Origin: Vitrella brassicaformis CCMP3155
Lineage: Eukaryota > Protista > Chromerida
Assembly (NCBI GenBank): GCA_001179505.1
Contig: CDMY01000492.1
Span: 1,753-65,752, forward strand
Direction: 5' to 3'
Length of the DNA: 64,000 bases
Shown here: positions 60,554 to 64,000 of the stretch, one piece after another
Layout: each line of letters begins with the position of its first letter
How positions within the stretch are numbered: the stretch's first letter is position 1
The notes under the pieces: model-generated
Databases searched by the model: none
Told to the model about the DNA's origin: nothing
The model's input: the letters and a program-made list of their open reading frames with translations, nothing else
Position numbers and translations under genes: made by a program

Positions 60554-61639
60554 GGGTCGATTATGTGGATGGCGAGAAGACGACAGTGTCACCTCCCCTT
60601 ACTCGGTCGGTCGCAGCCTCGACGTCGGTGTCCGTTAAGTGTGACCCTTCGCATGCCGCCGTTGTGATGTACGCAACGGCCAGTCTTGCGAAGCCGGCCA
60701 ACTTGAAAACGCAAAGTTATTCAGTCCCGCTCAGAAAACGGTGATGAGCCGATAATTCGTTACAGTAAGTATCGCCTAAAGCAATCAGTACAGGGGTGAT
60801 TGCTTTATGCGTTTGATTGGTTTATACGAACAAGCCAATGATTGCTTTATCTGCTCCTTGTTTTCTGCGGGGTTTCTCGCCGTGAATGACTCACCAGAGC
60901 CACCCTCCATCACATTGACTCTTTTTTCCCCGCTCAAAACGACTCTGAAACGACGAAAACCATCCAATCACTCACATTCGATCCGCCTGCGGTCTGAATG
61001 TCTCCTGAGTGTCTGATTCACCCTCCACCAGCTAGTGATTCAGCCTGAGCTATTTTGCATGAAAAATCGTCGTCAGTCCATGGAAGAGGAGTCATCAACA
61101 TGACGTCAGTGGGCCCACGACGCCATGCACAAAAGGCATGGACAGCAGACAAGACAGCATGCATGCCATAAATCGGTCAAAGTTCCTGGGCGGCCGCCGC
61201 CTGCAGCAGTGAATGCATCAGACGAAATGGGTTGGTGGATGGGTGGGTGGGTGGGTGGGCGGGCGGGTGTGAGGGCAAGGGAGGGAGACTGGACGGCAAC
61301 TACAGTACTGGACGGTCACATCAGCCCCGCAAAAACGTGTGTTGGGCTGGATGAATGTCATCAGATGCCTCAGATGACTCATCTGACTCTCCTGTGAGTC
61401 ACCAATGGGCCCTTGTTGCCTCGCAAGTGAAGCACCGCTGCTCTTCCATTTACATAGTGCTCATTCTTCTTGACTTTCTGGACAACACGTGCGTTGCGGC
61501 AGACCTCAGGAAGTCGGTCGACGGCTGCGTCGTGGTAGTGGAGGAAGCGCTGATGGGCAAGTTCTCACCTATGACTTCGGCCACCATTGCTCCTGTTTGG
61601 TCGCCACCTTCATCAGCAGGTGAACAGGGAAACGCGCCA

Positions 61640-62170
61640 TCACCACCACGCGAGTCGATGATGCTGTGGCTGTCGTGTGCTCTGTCCCGGCAGAGCACGT
61701 GGCTGCGAATAGATGGGGCAGTCGTTGGCATCCCTGTAGATGTCCAGATACCAGAAACGACCACGTCTAACAAGCGGGTAGCGGTCTCCTCTCCTTGTTG
61801 CGGTCATATGGGCTGCACCGGGGCCAATAAGAAACTCGATGCAGTATTGATCCACCAGGTGAGCGACGGAGAAGAGATTGAACTTCAGATCAGGCACATA
61901 CAGCACACCATCCACACACACGGTCTTCTTGCCGTTGTTGACCTCTTTGCAGGTGTACTTGATGCGGCCGACTCCTCTGGCTGGTACGGACGTGCCATCG
62001 GCCATCACGATCTTGATGTGTCGGTCAAGCGGCTTGATTTCGTCGAAGAGAAACTGCTGGTGGCAGCATGTCTTGCCGGCTCCTGAATCGATCATCATGG
62101 AGGTAGATCTCACAGACACACCACTGACGTTGACCACCTCTTCCTCGCACTTAACGGCCGTGACGGTCCC
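61640..62170 (-). mobile_element. Copia protease / pre-integrase segment, inverted relative to the adjacent integrase-RT
   Basis: MMIDSGAGKTCC..IVMADGTSVPARGVG..VLYVPDLKFNLFSV. Confidence 0.9.
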
Positions 62171-62179
62171 CACCATTTC

Positions 62180-64000
62180 CAGCACAAGTGCGAGGTGTGT
62201 ATCCAAGCCAAGATGAAGATTCGTCCGTACCTGGGAAATGCATTCCGCCATTCGTCGCCTGGTGATCTAATGCACGTCGACCTGGCGCAGGTCAAGCAAC
62301 TCAGCGAGAGAGGGTTCAAGTACCTGATGGTCATGGTGGACGACCACAGCCGTTATGTGCAGGCCTACTTTCTCAAGAAGAAGTCCATCGCACCGAAGGC
62401 ATTTATGCACTACTGCACGGCCGTCCGCATGCCCAAAGCAGTGAGAACCGATGGAGGGGCCGAACTCATCGCCGGCACATGGAAGGCATTCTGTGAGCAG
62501 CACCAGATACGCCAAGAACAGAGCCTACCACACCATCAGTCACAAAACGGCGTGGCAGAACGAACGATTGGTGTGGTGTGTTAGCTGACCCGTGCAGCAC
62601 TCTTCCAATCTGGCCTTCCCCCGTCTTATTGGTGTTTTGCTGCGACGACCGCCACCTACATCAAGAATCGAATGCCAACCAAGAAAAATCAATCAGAGAA
62701 ACGCCATTTGAGCTTTTCTGGGGTTATCCGCCATGCATCAGGCATATCCGCACATTCGGCGCGAGAGCATATGTGCATCAGCGAAAGGACCAGAGGGGCA
62801 AGCTGGAGCCACGGGCCAAGCTGGGCATCCTCATCGGCTTCGACCTCAATACGAAGGATGGCTATGTGGTGTGGTTACACGATGATGGTCAATTCGTCAT
62901 CTCACGAGACGTCGAAGTGGACGAGCACGTGTTTCCTGCAAAGGAGAAGCAAACAAGGGGACCACTAGGGATTGATTTGGTGTACCCCCAGACGCCCGTC
63001 TCATCTGATGAGCAGACCGACCACCATCAAGACCACCATCATGCCCAGCAACCCAAAGATGACCGACATCGGGAGCATCAAGACCATGAGCGTGTCGACC
63101 AACACAACCAAGATCAAGAGCCTGACAGCTCTGCACCGCTCGAAGGACCGCCAGCACCACCAGCGGTACCGCCGGCCGCTCAAGATGCCCAAGATGGAGA
63201 AGAAGCCGCCGTGATACCGATGGAGGTGCCGCTGACAACTACCGAGTCATTCGAGAGGAAAAGAGGGCAGATGACGACAACGCCGAGCACCGAAGATCAG
63301 GCCGAAACCGCCTCATCCCTCGGTGGCTGTACGAGGACAATATCTTTGCCGTCATCGAGCGCCTTTCTGTTGCTGACGATGTGGACGACACGAGTCCAAG
63401 CCGGATCGTCGACACCGACGCACCAGCAGCACTAGCGAGGCCACCGTCATCGCAACAGACCCGCCAACCACTCCCGATGGCACAGCACTTCGCATCCAAG
63501 GTGCCCAGGACCTACCAACAAGCAATGAACGCATTCGACGCCTGTCACTGGCAAGATGCGATGGATCGGGAGATGTAATCGGTCACTGATCTGGGTGTGT
63601 TCGGATAAATGCCCCGCTCTCAAGCGACCAGTCGGCCGATATCCTGTCGATGAGTGTACGCCCTCAAGCCTGACAAGTACAAGGCCCGCGTCGTCGCCCG
63701 CGGATTCGAACAGGACAAGAACCAAGTGGAGAACGTGTTCGCCCCGACGCCCTCTTACCACATTGTGCGAGCAGTTCTGACCATCGCCAATCAACTCGAT
63801 CTGGAGATTCACCAAATGGACGTCAACACAGCATTTCTAAACGCGCCGCTCGACAAGCCAGTGTTCATGGAGTGCCCACCTGGATACGAGCGCCCGAGAT
63901 ATGTTGTCCGCCGCCGGAAGGCCCTTTATGAACTCAAAGATGCCGCGCGCGCGTGGAACTCACCCTCCACAACCAACTACTGCATCTCGGCTTCCGCCGT
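62180..64000 (+). mobile_element. pol: Copia integrase plus RT (pseudogenized), runs off the window
   Basis: CEVCIQAK, HVDL..VDDHSRY..RTDGGAE..QNGVAER, TFGARAYVH, RDVEVDE, WQDAMDREM, YKARVVARGF, MDVNTAFLN, KALYELK. Confidence 0.93.

Overview
Eukaryotic, GC-rich, intron-rich and repeat-dense genomic DNA with five 300-N scaffold gaps. Introns full of (TG)n/(TCTG)n tracts and the gene content suggest a chromerid alveolate such as Vitrella, which is an inference. Host genes: a ~9.7-kb multi-exon polycystin-1-like receptor (886-10599), a minus-strand hypothetical RGG-tail protein (29.1-32.1 kb), a small secreted-protein gene (59.5-60.6 kb), a duplicated small membrane-protein ORF and some decayed genes. 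The receptor has C-type-lectin-like, Ig-like, PAN, Cys-rich repeats, GPS HL|T site, TM and IQ segments. The rest is mostly mobile DNA: nested TA-flanked MITEs, a 60-bp satellite in two long arrays and two short patches, Ty1/Copia elements and at least three families of CRE/R2-like non-LTR elements with a restriction-like endonuclease. The Copia elements include a nested pair with short LTRs and an internally inverted copy. An unusual Ty3/Gypsy element has an extra 5' ORF, a very long Gag, and a -1 frameshift site followed by a predicted H-type pseudoknot. No rRNA, tRNA or CRISPR array could be supported. Exon boundaries are approximate and were read by eye.
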